DNA from: an uncultured Rhodospirillaceae bacterium
GTDB taxonomy: Bacteria > Pseudomonadota > Alphaproteobacteria > CAAGCB01 > CAG-977
Assembly: GCA_900550445.1 (NCBI GenBank)
Contig: URSF01000008.1
Location: forward strand, 787-64,786
Length of the DNA: 64,000 nt
Reading direction: 5' to 3'
In this document: piece after piece, positions 18,569 through 28,311 of the stretch
How the letters are laid out: every line of letters begins with the position of its first letter
How positions within the stretch are numbered: position 1 is the first letter of the stretch
Notes under the pieces: generated by a model
The model's database searches: none
Told to the model about the DNA's origin: nothing
What the model saw: only the letters and a program-made list of their open reading frames with translations
Position numbers and translations under genes: made by a program

Positions 18569-20371
18569 TTATTCGTCCCCGATTCTTAACGCGGAAATAA
18601 AGGCTGACTGCGGAATTTCGACCTTACCGAACTGCCGCATCTTTTTCTTGCCCTCTTTCTGCTTTTCCAGCAGCTTGCGCTTTCTGGTAATATCGCCGCC
18701 ATAGCATTTTGACGTAACGTCCTTGCGGAAAGCCGCGATATCCTCGCGCGCAATAATTTTTCCGCCGATTGCCGCCTGAATGGGAATCTTAAATTGATGA
18801 CGCGGAATTAAAACCTTTAACCGCTCGCAAATCTGCCGGCCGCGACGTTCCGCGTCTGACCGGTGCGCTAAAAACGACAAAGCGTCAACGGTTTCTCCGT
18901 TTACCAAAATCGTTACTTTCACCAGATCTCCAGTCTGATAGCCGGCGACTTCGTAATCAAAACTGGCATAACCGCGCGTAATTGATTTTAAACGGTCATA
19001 AAAATCAAACACGATTTCATTTAATGGCAGGTCATAAACCAACATCGCCCGCGATCCGACATAAGTCAGATCTTTTTGCACGCCGCGGCGTTCCGTACAC
19101 AGCTGCAAAACAGAGCCCAGATACTCATCGGGCACCAAAATGGACGCGTTGACCCAGGGTTCTTCAATCGAATCGATTTTCGTCACTTCCGGGAAATCCG
19201 CCGGATTATGCAATTCTTTTAACGTTCCGTCCGTCATATGCATTTTGTAAACAACGCTTGGCGCCGTTGTAATCAAATCAAGCCCGAATTCGCGTTCCAA
19301 ACGCTCTTCAATGATTTCCATATGCAAAAGTCCCAGAAAACCACACCTGAATCCCTGGCCCAACGCCGCAGATTTTTCCGGCGTAAATTCAAAACTGGCG
19401 TCGTTCAGCTGCAGCTTGCCCAAAGCGTCGCGCAGATTTTCGTAATAACTGGTATCCAGAGGGAACATCGAACAAAATACGACAGGCACACTGGGTTTGA
19501 AGCCGGGCAGAGCCTCTGCCGCGGGGCGCTTGTCGTCCGTAATCGTATCGCCGACTTTGGTATCGCCGACCGTTTTAATGCCGGCGGTGATAAATCCCAG
19601 CTCTCCGGCAGTCAGCTGCCCGATATCTTTCATTTTAGGCGTAAAGATGCCGACTCGTTCGACTTCATGCGTCGTGCCGTTTGCCATCATTCTGATTTTC
19701 ATGCCTTTTTTCAAAACGCCGTCTTTGACTCTCACCAGAATAATAACCCCCAGATACGGATCGTACCAGGAATCGACTAGCATCGCTTTCAACGGCGCTT
19801 CCGCATCACCCTGCGGCGCGGGCAACTGTGTAACAATGCTTTCCAAAACATCATCAATACCAACGCCTGTTTTAGCGGAAGTTTCAACCGCATTTGACGT
19901 ATCAATACCGATCACATCTTCAATTTGCGCTTTAACTTCTTCCGGGTGCGCCGCCGGCAGATCAATTTTGTTGATAACGGTCACCAATTCGTGATTCGCG
20001 TCCAAAGCTTTATAGACGTTTGCCAAAGTCTGCGCTTCCACCCCCTGTGAAGCGTCAACGACCAGTAAAGAACCTTCGCAAGCGGCCAAAGACCGGCTGA
20101 CTTCATACGTAAAATCGACATGCCCCGGCGTGTCAATCAGGTTCAGCTGATATTCCCGCCCGTCTTTGGCTTTATAGTTCAGCCGGACCGTCTGCGCTTT
20201 AATCGTAATCCCGCGTTCGCGTTCCAGATCCATGGAATCCAATATCTGATCGCGCATTTCGCGTTCGGTCAACCCGCCGCATCTTTGGATCAGGCGGTCG
20301 GCCAAAGTCGATTTGCCGTGGTCAATATGAGCCACAATGGAAAAATTGCGAATATGAGATAAATCCGTCAT
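18569..20371 (-). CDS. lepA: translation elongation factor 4
   Basis: 600 aa. G-domain motifs [17 protein letters not shown] and NKID, plus the LepA-specific C-terminal domain (...[24 protein letters not shown]). Confidence 0.97.
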   Translation of the reverse strand: MTDLSHIRNFSIVAHIDHGKSTLADRLIQRCGGLTEREMRDQILDSMDLERERGITIKAQTVRLNYKAKDGREYQLNLIDTPGHVDFTYEVSRSLAACEGSLLVVDASQGVEAQTLANVYKALDANHELVTVINKIDLPAAHPEEVKAQIEDVIGIDTSNAVETSAKTGVGIDDVLESIVTQLPAPQGDAEAPLKAMLVDSWYDPYLGVIILVRVKDGVLKKGMKIRMMANGTTHEVERVGIFTPKMKDIGQLTAGELGFITAGIKTVGDTKVGDTITDDKRPAAEALPGFKPSVPVVFCSMFPLDTSYYENLRDALGKLQLNDASFEFTPEKSAALGQGFRCGFLGLLHMEIIEERLEREFGLDLITTAPSVVYKMHMTDGTLKELHNPADFPEVTKIDSIEEPWVNASILVPDEYLGSVLQLCTERRGVQKDLTYVGSRAMLVYDLPLNEIVFDFYDRLKSITRGYASFDYEVAGYQTGDLVKVTILVNGETVDALSFLAHRSDAERRGRQICERLKVLIPRHQFKIPIQAAIGGKIIAREDIAAFRKDVTSKCYGGDITRKRKLLEKQKEGKKKMRQFGKVEIPQSAFISALRIGDE

Positions 20372-20511
20372 TTAAAACCTTCATTCAACAAACAACTGGC
20401 AATAACATATATGAAACCGTCGTATGATTAAACAAAATCTTTTTTCCCCTCTTTTATTTTCTGTTTTATTTATGCTATCCTGTTAAAAAGTTTAAAAAAA
20501 GGGTCTTAAAC

Positions 20512-21138
20512 ATGACAGCATTTTTTGATTTGTTCCTTCCGTCGTTTACGATGCTGTTTGTCACTATGGATCCGATCGGCAACATGCCGATTTTCATGAG
20601 CCTGACGGAAAGCCCGCGTCCGGGATATCGGTTATTAATGGCCAAACGATCTGTTTTGATCGGCTTTTCCGTTATGTTTTTTTTCGCTTATGCCGGCGAA
20701 GCTTTTTTAAATCTGCTGGGGATATCGATACCGGCGTTTCGTATTGCGGGCGGAATTATGCTGTTTATTGTCGCTCTGCAAATGATTTTTATTGACGAAC
20801 AAAAAGAAAAAGCGGCTGAAGAAGCTTCTGATCACCCGTATGAAAACGACGTATCCGTTTTTCCTTTGGCGGTTCCTTTAATCGCGGGCCCCGGCTCAAT
20901 TGCTTCGATTATACTTTTGATGTCCGAAAGACATGGTAACATCAGCCAACAGGCGTATGTTATCGGATCGCTGATTGCCGTTTGCTTAATTACCTATTTT
21001 TTATTCAGACTGTCGAATCACTTTGCCCGCCTGTTCGGCCAGACGATCAACACGGTTATTTCCAAACTGCTCGGCATTATTTTAGGCGCGATGGCGTCAC
21101 AGTTTATTATAGACGGCGTACACGGCCTGATCGCATAA
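20512..21138 (+). CDS. marC: MarC-family (UPF0056) integral membrane protein
   Basis: 208 aa with 6 TM. N-terminal FVTMDPIGNMPIFMSL and PLAVPLIAGPGSI motifs are typical of MarC/YhgN proteins. Confidence 0.85.
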   Translation: MTAFFDLFLPSFTMLFVTMDPIGNMPIFMSLTESPRPGYRLLMAKRSVLIGFSVMFFFAYAGEAFLNLLGISIPAFRIAGGIMLFIVALQMIFIDEQKEKAAEEASDHPYENDVSVFPLAVPLIAGPGSIASIILLMSERHGNISQQAYVIGSLIAVCLITYFLFRLSNHFARLFGQTINTVISKLLGIILGAMASQFIIDGVHGLIA

Positions 21139-21205
21139 TAAAAAAATTCAAAAAAACTCTTGTCAAAAAAAGCGTGAAGGGTTATATAAATCATAAATTA
21201 TTCAT

Positions 21206-21279
21206 TGGGGAATAGTTTAATGGTAGAACAGCGGACTCTGACTCCGTTAGTCTTGGTTCGAGTCCAGGTTCCCCAGCCA
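21206..21279 (+). tRNA. tRNA-Gln (anticodon CTG), CCA encoded
   Basis: Manual fold: acceptor TGGGGAA/TTCCCCA, D-arm GTTT-AATGGTA-GAAC, anticodon stem GCGGA/TCCGT with loop CTCTGAC, T-loop TTCGAGT, discriminator G, then CCA. Confidence 0.9.
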
Positions 21280-21486
21280 CCTTGAAAGCCAAGTCGTTGA
21301 AAACAAACGAACTTGGCTTTTTTATGCTCGGGGAAATGTTAGCAGTGCTAACAAAACTGCTAACAAACCTTGTTAGCACGGGCGGTTGTCATGACATTGT
21401 ACAATCGCGGCTATTCTTATTATGCCATACTGCGTGTTTCCCGAAACGCCTGCCATTCTTCCGGTAAAAAACAGGTCTGGATTTCT
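21263..21486 (+). repeat. attL plus left copy of the ~220-bp direct repeat (tRNA 3' end, terminator, integrase 5' end)
   Basis: TCCAGGTTCCCCAGCCAC (21263-21280) recurs exactly at 42776-42793. Similarity then continues, with mismatches, through the terminator and the first ~95 nt of int. Confidence 0.85.
21287..21324 (+). terminator. intrinsic terminator of tRNA-Gln
   Basis: AGCCAAGTCGTT...ACGAACTTGGCT stem followed by T6. Duplicated at 42800-42836. Confidence 0.75.
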
Positions 21487-23115
21487 TTGCGAACGACAGA
21501 CAAAAAAATAGCTCAACAACGTTATATTGTGGTAGCATCGAAAATCTTAAATCAAGAGTTAAGCAAACATCAAAAACGTGAAAAAATGGGCTACAACAAA
21601 GACGACAATACTTTGGACTTTGACAGGCAGCAGGCAGAAACCTTCGCTTATGAATGGCTGTTGAATGCCATCAATGAGGAAAAAGCCAAACAAGCGGGTA
21701 AGGTGCTGACTTCCGAACCTTATATGCAACAGTTTGCCATGTTGCGTTCGAAGTATTCTTTGGCGGATTATTCGGATATGGAAAAAACGGTCAGCTTGTT
21801 TTTGTTGCGCAACGGCTACCCGTTTCCTTCGGAAGAAACTGCCGATATTTTGTTTGAAGCTTTTATGCGTGCCGTTTTGCAGTTTTGTTCTTTTATGGCG
21901 AAAATGGCCGCCGGGGAGACCCAAAATTTCCCCGAACGTCTGTTAAGCGGTGTCCCGGCGGCTATTACGTTCGGATCTTATGCATCAGGAATAACGACAA
22001 CAACGGCTAAGCCGCTCAAACCCGACCTGACATTGGTTCAGTTGGCAGAAACGTATAACAACCTGGAATCCCGCAAAAATGCGACAAAGGATTCACAGGA
22101 GCGCATCTTAGCCAAAACTCGCGTTTGGCAAGAGCTGCTCGGAAAAGAAAAGACCATTCGCACGCTTACCAGTGACGACCTGCAAAAAGCGGTGGCGGAA
22201 CTCCCCTTTATCACCAAAGGCTTTGCGCGGACACATCAAGGAAACTACAACGTATTTCACGACATAGCAGAGGGTCGCAAACACCCCTCAAAACGCATTT
22301 CTTCCAAGACATTGGGGGAATATATCAGCATTGTGAAAAAACTGTTGTCCTGGGCTGTGCGTTTCAAGTACCTGCAGGAAAACCCTTTTGATTGCGTTGA
22401 CGTACCGGTTGCGAAAAACGATGACGAAGGCGTTAAAAGGCTTCCCTTTACGTTAAATCAATTAAACGCAATTTTTCACGCGCCGATATATACGGGGTGT
22501 CGCGATGATAAATCGGGATATAACATTGTCGGGGAAGCTCACCCCCGCCGCGCACGATTTTGGGTGCCGTTATTAGGATTGTTTACCGGAGCCAGATGTA
22601 ACGAGCTGTGCCAGTTATTGCCGTCAGACATTCATCAAACGGAGGGTGTTTGGGTTATCAGCATTAACGATGAAGGCGACAAACACGTTAAGACAAAAGC
22701 CGGCATTCGCGAAATCCCCGTTCACCCTGAGCTGATAAAGATGGGCTTTTTGGATTATGTTCGGCAAATGAGAAGGGAAAAGCGACTGTTTCCGGAACTG
22801 AAACCTAATGCCCGAGGAGCCTATTCGGACGAGATGTCCCGTTGGTTCGGTCGTTTTTTAGAAACCGTCAACCGGACATTAAAGGCGAAAGACCGAATGG
22901 GGCAAGGTCATGTTTTCCACAGTTTTCGACACACGTTTCGTACCGAGTTGCGCAATAACGATGCAAGCAATGAGCACGTTCTGCGCTTAGGCGGTTGGGA
23001 GCGCGGTTCTTCTTTGGCTGACCATTACGGGACGATCAGCATGAAAGTCCTTGAGAAGACAATGATTGAAAAAGTCCGATATGACGGTCTGGATTTAAAT
23101 CATTTGTACGTATAG
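21391..23115 (+). CDS. int: tyrosine-type site-specific integrase
   Basis: ~575 aa from the ATG at 21391 (the ORF track starts at TTG 21370). Catalytic signature TGARCNELCQL, HSFRHTFRTEL and LGGWERGSSLADHYG (R...HxxR...W/H...Y). Confidence 0.9.
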   Translation: MTLYNRGYSYYAILRVSRNACHSSGKKQVWISLRTTDKKIAQQRYIVVASKILNQELSKHQKREKMGYNKDDNTLDFDRQQAETFAYEWLLNAINEEKAKQAGKVLTSEPYMQQFAMLRSKYSLADYSDMEKTVSLFLLRNGYPFPSEETADILFEAFMRAVLQFCSFMAKMAAGETQNFPERLLSGVPAAITFGSYASGITTTTAKPLKPDLTLVQLAETYNNLESRKNATKDSQERILAKTRVWQELLGKEKTIRTLTSDDLQKAVAELPFITKGFARTHQGNYNVFHDIAEGRKHPSKRISSKTLGEYISIVKKLLSWAVRFKYLQENPFDCVDVPVAKNDDEGVKRLPFTLNQLNAIFHAPIYTGCRDDKSGYNIVGEAHPRRARFWVPLLGLFTGARCNELCQLLPSDIHQTEGVWVISINDEGDKHVKTKAGIREIPVHPELIKMGFLDYVRQMRREKRLFPELKPNARGAYSDEMSRWFGRFLETVNRTLKAKDRMGQGHVFHSFRHTFRTELRNNDASNEHVLRLGGWERGSSLADHYGTISMKVLEKTMIEKVRYDGLDLNHLYV

Positions 23116-23642
23116 CAAGGAAAGAAACGCGGCATTTTAGCGAATCGCTTTTGCTTTCACAGCGCAACAGATTTGCAACTTATAGATGAATCAATTACAA
23201 CAAAAACAGCCTTGATGGGCATTTTTGAAGATGGGCTGTTTTTTTGAGAATTTTGAGCGGTTTAACATATTGAAAATAAAAAGAATTTTGTTGTTCTTTT
23301 TTTTGGATAAAAAAGTTTTTTTTCTTCCATTTTTTGTGGTTTTTTGCTAATATAATTAAGTAATCAACAAATGGATTTTTTCCAAATTGCGGGCGTTTGT
23401 TGGTTGAACTTCGTTAACCCGCTAAAGAGGAGGCCAAAATGGCAATAATTCTAAAATCTCCATCACCATAAATATATAGATAAAACTGTTGCACGGTTTC
23501 ATGTGTGTATGTGTTTATTTCGCATTAACACATGTTGCTTCTTTGCGCACGTTATAAATCTATATCTTAACTTCGTTAATATTGGCGAATGCGTTTGCCA
23601 ATACAGTGTAATTTTGTGCCCAAAAGGCTGAAAGGTCAAAGC

Positions 23643-24329
23643 ATGTTTAATTTAAATACCGGTGATAATCACAGTAATCAAACACAAGCGGAAAGCATCG
23701 TAGATAAGGCTATTCTCGAAATCCGGGGATATATTAAAACGGAAGAAGATTCCTATAAAAAACATCAGGAAACGGGGATCGATTTGCTTGTTTCTTTATG
23801 TCAAAAAACGGCTCAGATAAAAAAGTCTGACACCGCTAAAAAGGAGCTAAAGGAAAGAGCAAATGAAATCATAAAGCGGGTTACAAAAAACGGCAAACAA
23901 CCGGTTTGTAACAGCCTCTTTTTAAAGCTCTTCTATGTCTGTTTTTATCGCGATGACAATGAGAGTGTGACGTCAAATGCGTTTTCTCAAAAGAAGATGA
24001 CCTATTACAACGCATATCTGTATTGTGACAGGAAATATGGAAATGAAGATTCTTCATTTTCTAACTTAAAAGAGAAGCTTCAAGATGACGGGATTACATC
24101 CGTTCGGAAATTATATGAGCTGTATTCTAAAGAATATTCGGATAGAAACAAAGAGGATCGTACGAAATATCCGACCTTTACTCATAAGGACAAACTCTTT
24201 TCCATACATTCGAAACTTTTCAAAAAAGTTGTGGATGAGGATAAAGAATTTGTCGAAACTTTTGAGGAAAACGGTTTCGAAATAACAGTTCAGGTTTCCA
24301 AAAAATCGTACGAGAAGGCCGCTTCTTAA
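23643..24329 (+). CDS. hypothetical protein (island cargo)
   Basis: 228 aa from the internal ATG (MFNLNTGDNH...). Lys/Glu-rich with no motif I recognise. First gene of a co-directional trio with the next two. Confidence 0.55.
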   Translation: MFNLNTGDNHSNQTQAESIVDKAILEIRGYIKTEEDSYKKHQETGIDLLVSLCQKTAQIKKSDTAKKELKERANEIIKRVTKNGKQPVCNSLFLKLFYVCFYRDDNESVTSNAFSQKKMTYYNAYLYCDRKYGNEDSSFSNLKEKLQDDGITSVRKLYELYSKEYSDRNKEDRTKYPTFTHKDKLFSIHSKLFKKVVDEDKEFVETFEENGFEITVQVSKKSYEKAAS

Positions 24330-24526
24330 ATCTAACGACTGTTCGCTTGATGCATGAATAAAACGCATCAAGCGAATAATTGCACGTTCTGTCATGGAGG
24401 TGTGAAGATGTATCAAGCGAACATCTCCTGTGTAGCTGTACGCGGGAACAGAAGCGTAAGGCTATGTTTCGTGTATATGTGCAAATGTGTATCAAACGAA
24501 CACTTAATTGTTTATGGAGAATGCTA

Positions 24527-25351
24527 ATGAAAAAAGTTCAAATTACTAAAATAAAGAAAAAAAACCGATCAAAACAAACAAGACGTCATGTACTGTTTGC
24601 AGAAGAATTTGATAAAAATGCAAAATATCAATTAAAGAAGCTAAGCAAAGCTATAACCGAATATGAAGAAAATGCAGGAGAAGCAGGAAAGCTTCTTAAA
24701 CGCATATCAGGTAATAGTAAGATTTTAATTCAGCCAAGGGCACTAGCTCCTTTTGCTAAGAGAATAACATCAAAACTTAACGAGTACGGATGTAATTCGG
24801 CATATATGTTTACTATTATCATAGGAGACCTTTTATTTGGAATAGATGACCTTGAAAGGAAATCCAAGGAAATTGCAAATTTCAGAAGGCAGGTTCAGGA
24901 ATGGTTAGAAGGCTATGACTATATAGCAACCGTCGCTTTTGATTTTTTCAACAATGTAAAATTTGCCAATAGCGGGACATGTGTGTCTCCTCATATTCAC
25001 GGGATCTTTTTTGATGAAATAAAGAAAAGAGGCAAAGAAAAGATAAGCAGGAAAATCAAGAATGATTCGGAGGAAAACTGCATTCTAAGGCCTTTTGAAA
25101 TTAAAGAGTACAGCAGGCTGATTGATGCGGTTCATTATGCTTTCAAGGGCCCTTTTGGCGGGAAGAATTACTATGAAATCGTTGAGGGGAAAAAGGGGAA
25201 AAAAGTTCGCAAAAGAACACCTCTAACATTGAAGGACTTGATAACCATTATTCAAAACTTCAAAGACACCCCTATAGACGCATACTGTTTCGCCGGAGGG
25301 AAGGGCATTAGTCTCTTACAAGAAATTCGTAAGGAGATGAAGAATGCATAA
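24527..25351 (+). CDS. putative HUH-superfamily (rolling-circle Rep-like) endonuclease
   Basis: Start chosen at ATG 24527, 6 nt after GGAGA. Three ordered motifs: YMFTIIIG (motif 1-like), SPHIHGIFF (HUH), VHYAFKG (YxxK). 8-nt overlap with the helicase gene. Confidence 0.4.
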   Translation: MKKVQITKIKKKNRSKQTRRHVLFAEEFDKNAKYQLKKLSKAITEYEENAGEAGKLLKRISGNSKILIQPRALAPFAKRITSKLNEYGCNSAYMFTIIIGDLLFGIDDLERKSKEIANFRRQVQEWLEGYDYIATVAFDFFNNVKFANSGTCVSPHIHGIFFDEIKKRGKEKISRKIKNDSEENCILRPFEIKEYSRLIDAVHYAFKGPFGGKNYYEIVEGKKGKKVRKRTPLTLKDLITIIQNFKDTPIDAYCFAGGKGISLLQEIRKEMKNA

Positions 25352-26633
25352 ATTAACTAAAGAACAAAACGATGTCGTGTTTTGCAATAAACCCCGCATT
25401 TACATAAATGCGGGGGCAGGAACCGGTAAGACCAGTACGATATTAACCTCTATTGCTCAGCGGATTGAAGAGGCGGTTCCACCTTCCAATATTCTTGTTT
25501 TGGCATACAATAAAAAGATACAGCAGGAAATTCAAAAAAAAGTTCCGAGGAATGTTCTTGTCTGCACCTTTCATGCGTTTGCGAAGAAAGAATTAAAACG
25601 ATATATGCAAAAAGTTCCAGACCTGCTCTCTCCGGAAGAGACGGAAGCGTTGATTATTCGTGCAAAGAAAGAAACAAAAACAAAGGGGAAAAGCGAAGAT
25701 TTTGTGCAAGCCGTTTTGGCGGCGAGAGAGAATCCCTCATATTTAAAAAAATTTAAACCTGCGTATCGAACTGTTTATGAGAGGTATGGTTCTCTTTTAA
25801 AAGAAACCCATCGATTTGATTTTGCGAAGTTAATCCGGAAACTTATTTTTGTTTTAAAAAAAGATGAGGTTTTTCTGAAAGAACTTCAATCTCGGTACAC
25901 GCACATTTATATTGACGAGTTCCAAGACATTTCTAGGAAAAGATTGAAGCTGTTAGAATGTTTAACATCCGAGCGAACACATCTCTTTTGTGTCGGAGAT
26001 TCCGATCAATCCATTTACGGTTGGAATGGAATTGACGAAAAAAACGTTGAAATCGCCATAAAGATATTAAAATTAAGAGTTTTTAATTTGACGCGAAGCT
26101 ATCGTTTGCCCACAAAAATTGTTTGTGCGGTAAATCAATTATTGAAGCACAATCAAAACCCTTTAAGGAAGAGTTTAACTTCTGCCAAAAAGGCTGATGG
26201 AATAATAAAGGTCTTAAGCTTTTCTAAAGGAGAAGAAGAGATTTCTTTTATAAAACAGAAGATAAAGGCGTTGCGTCAAAAAGGCATTCTCGACAAGGAT
26301 ATTGCTTTATTATTTCGAGTAAAAAAAATGTGCACGGAATATAAAAATTGTTTGCAAGTGAATTGTTATTTTTCAACAGTTCATCAAGCAAAGGGATTGG
26401 AATTTAAATATGTTTTTGTCGTAGGAGCCGAAGACGGTCTTTTCCCGTGTATTCCAAACATGAACAAATTGAGTGAAAAAGAGTGCGCGGTGAAAATGCG
26501 GGAAGAAAGAAGGATTTTTGCAGAAGCAATCACACGAGCCTCTAAGGGAGTTTATATTACACACTTAAATAAGTGCCTGCGTAAAAACAGAATAGCTACT
26601 CCTTCTCCCTTTTTGTCCGAATTAAAGCTATAA
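25344..26633 (+). CDS. minimal UvrD/Rep-type SF1 helicase
   Basis: 429 aa. Motif I AGAGTGKTS, II YIDEFQD, III VGDSDQSIYGWNG, IV LTRSYR, VI VHQAKGLEFKYVFVVG. SD AAGGAG lies 7 nt upstream. Confidence 0.85.
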   Translation: MHKLTKEQNDVVFCNKPRIYINAGAGTGKTSTILTSIAQRIEEAVPPSNILVLAYNKKIQQEIQKKVPRNVLVCTFHAFAKKELKRYMQKVPDLLSPEETEALIIRAKKETKTKGKSEDFVQAVLAARENPSYLKKFKPAYRTVYERYGSLLKETHRFDFAKLIRKLIFVLKKDEVFLKELQSRYTHIYIDEFQDISRKRLKLLECLTSERTHLFCVGDSDQSIYGWNGIDEKNVEIAIKILKLRVFNLTRSYRLPTKIVCAVNQLLKHNQNPLRKSLTSAKKADGIIKVLSFSKGEEEISFIKQKIKALRQKGILDKDIALLFRVKKMCTEYKNCLQVNCYFSTVHQAKGLEFKYVFVVGAEDGLFPCIPNMNKLSEKECAVKMREERRIFAEAITRASKGVYITHLNKCLRKNRIATPSPFLSELKL

Positions 26634-26649
26634 TGAGCATGCTCATTAT
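26630..26649. repeat. 20-bp perfect palindrome, copy 1
   Basis: ATAATGAGCATGCTCATTAT. It overlaps the helicase stop codon. Confidence 0.9.
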
Positions 26650-26957
26650 GCCCCCACGATTGATAAGGTGCAGAAGGAAGAATGACTGTATGTCTGCTGA
26701 ATTAGAGGCAACGGGTATCCGGTAACTATTAAATTGGTCAATCTTATGTGCACCGGCGCCGGCTTTTCGACGATTTTTCGATACAGTGATAAAATGGTCG
26801 AAATTCTTAAAAGCATCAATTAAGATGAGCTCTTAAAAAAAAGAATTTAACCAAAAAAATATTTATAATGTATTTGTTTTTACGGTTATAGTCGTAAAAA
26901 TATTTGATTGAAGATGTGTTTTGCGGTATTATCTTTTTGCGGTTTGGAGAAGAACAT

Positions 26958-28166
26958 ATGATTTTAAGACCTGATTATATTAATGCAATAACCCCGTATA
27001 TTGACGCACCGTTTGTTAAAATTCTGACAGGTATCCGACGTTCCGGAAAATCAACCATATTAAAAATGTTGGCTGAGGAACTGAAGGGGCGCGGTGTTCC
27101 TGAGAAAAATATTATAACGTACAAGCTTGATAACATTGAGTATGAGGATATAACGGCAAAGGCCTTTTATGACAGAGTAAAAACGGAACTTGCGCAAACC
27201 GGTAAAACGTATTTGTTTTTTGATGAAATTCAGGAAATCCCGTCATGGGAGAAAATTGTCAATGATTTAATGCAAAATGAAAACGTCGATATCTGTGTTA
27301 CCGGTTCGAACTCTCGAATGTTATCGTCTGAAATATCAACATACTTAACCGGCAGGTATGTTTCTTTTTTAGTGTATCCTTTATCTTTTACAGAATTTTT
27401 GACCTTTAAAAAACAATACACGCAGATTAAAGACCCGCATCAGGAGTTGCTTGATTATATTCAATGCGGCGGTTTTCCGGCGACACGTCTAAAGGAATAC
27501 ACCCCTGATGAAGTCTATACGATTGTTCGGGATATTTATTCGTCAACAATTTACACCGATATCGTCAAACGCAATCAGATCAGAAAAGCAGATTTGTTAG
27601 AACGTGTCGTGCGTTATACATTCAGCAATATCGGTCAGACATTCTCAGCTTATTCCATTGCGAAATACTTGAAATCGGAAAACAGAAAAATTGATAACGA
27701 AACAATTTACAGTTATTTGGAAAAGCTCGAAAAAGCCTTTATTTTGTTCAGATGCTCCCGTTATGATTTGCAGGGTAAAGAGATACTGAAAACACAGGAA
27801 AAATTTTATGTGGCTGACCCTACTTTGCGTTATGCGGTTTTGGGGTACTCTCCGGACAGCGTGGCCGGCATGCTTGAAAACATCATCTATTTAGAACTTC
27901 GCAGAAGGGGATATTCCGTATATGTCGGAAAAACTTTAAAGGGAGAAATTGATTTTGTGGCGACCAAGCAAAATGAAAAGATTTATGTACAGGTAACACA
28001 GAAAATTAACAACCATGAAACCGAATTGCGCGAATACTCTCGATTGTTGGACATTCAGGACAACTATCCTAAATACGTTTTAAGAACCGATGATTTTGCA
28101 AAGGGAAACTATCAAGGGATCCGCACAATGCACGTAGCCGACTTTTTGTTGGATAACAGCTTTTAA
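26958..28166 (+). CDS. AAA-type ATPase of the DUF4143 class (COG1373-like)
   Basis: Start at ATG 26958, 7 nt after GGAGA. P-loop GIRRSGKSTIL, Walker B YLFFDEIQ. The C-terminal part resembles DUF4143 proteins. Confidence 0.8.
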   Translation: MILRPDYINAITPYIDAPFVKILTGIRRSGKSTILKMLAEELKGRGVPEKNIITYKLDNIEYEDITAKAFYDRVKTELAQTGKTYLFFDEIQEIPSWEKIVNDLMQNENVDICVTGSNSRMLSSEISTYLTGRYVSFLVYPLSFTEFLTFKKQYTQIKDPHQELLDYIQCGGFPATRLKEYTPDEVYTIVRDIYSSTIYTDIVKRNQIRKADLLERVVRYTFSNIGQTFSAYSIAKYLKSENRKIDNETIYSYLEKLEKAFILFRCSRYDLQGKEILKTQEKFYVADPTLRYAVLGYSPDSVAGMLENIIYLELRRRGYSVYVGKTLKGEIDFVATKQNEKIYVQVTQKINNHETELREYSRLLDIQDNYPKYVLRTDDFAKGNYQGIRTMHVADFLLDNSF

Positions 28167-28185
28167 AATGAGCATACTCATTATG
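28166..28185. repeat. palindrome copy 2 (imperfect)
   Basis: AAATGAGCATACTCATTAT, directly after the ATPase stop codon. Confidence 0.8.
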
Positions 28186-28215
28186 TCATCTTGACGATTT
28201 TTTTATAAGAACTTT

Positions 28216-28237
28216 CATAATGAGCATGCTCATTATG
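28216..28237. repeat. 22-bp perfect palindrome, copy 3
   Basis: CATAATGAGCATGCTCATTATG. Confidence 0.9.
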
Positions 28238-28311
28238 TCGCCAGATTTCCGTTGTTAGTAACTAACCGATTTTTTGATGTTTTTATAATTGCATTTCTCT
28301 GTTAGTTACAA

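Noticed and set aside
19238-19994. 180-aa and 165-aa ORFs antisense to lepA, and similar long shadow ORFs at 32981-33718 in hsdR, 39018-40039 in hsdM, 50966-51349 and 52060-52485
   Set aside because: They lie fully inside strongly supported genes on the other strand. Their translations are low-complexity or Arg/Phe-rich with no motifs, which is typical of frame shadows.
21191-21467. ORFs overlapping tRNA-Gln and its terminator (also 42687-43032 at the right repeat)
   Set aside because: They overlap a tRNA and att repeat sequence, and the duplicated peptide text comes from the DNA repeat.
24342-24376. 12-bp inverted repeat TTCGCTTGATGC...GCATCAAGCGAA between the 228-aa gene and the Rep-like gene, as a replication nick site
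   Set aside because: It is a real hairpin, but it lacks a T-run and has no known nick motif. It could equally be a simple transcript-stabilising or terminator structure, so it is only mentioned under the Rep finding.
26630-28237. CRISPR array or integron attC sites, suggested by the repeated palindrome
   Set aside because: There are only three copies with very unequal spacing (about 1.5 kb and 30 bp). There is no repeat-spacer periodicity and no R''/L''/L'/R' attC organisation or GTTRRRY core. The recombinase is far too small for an IntI.
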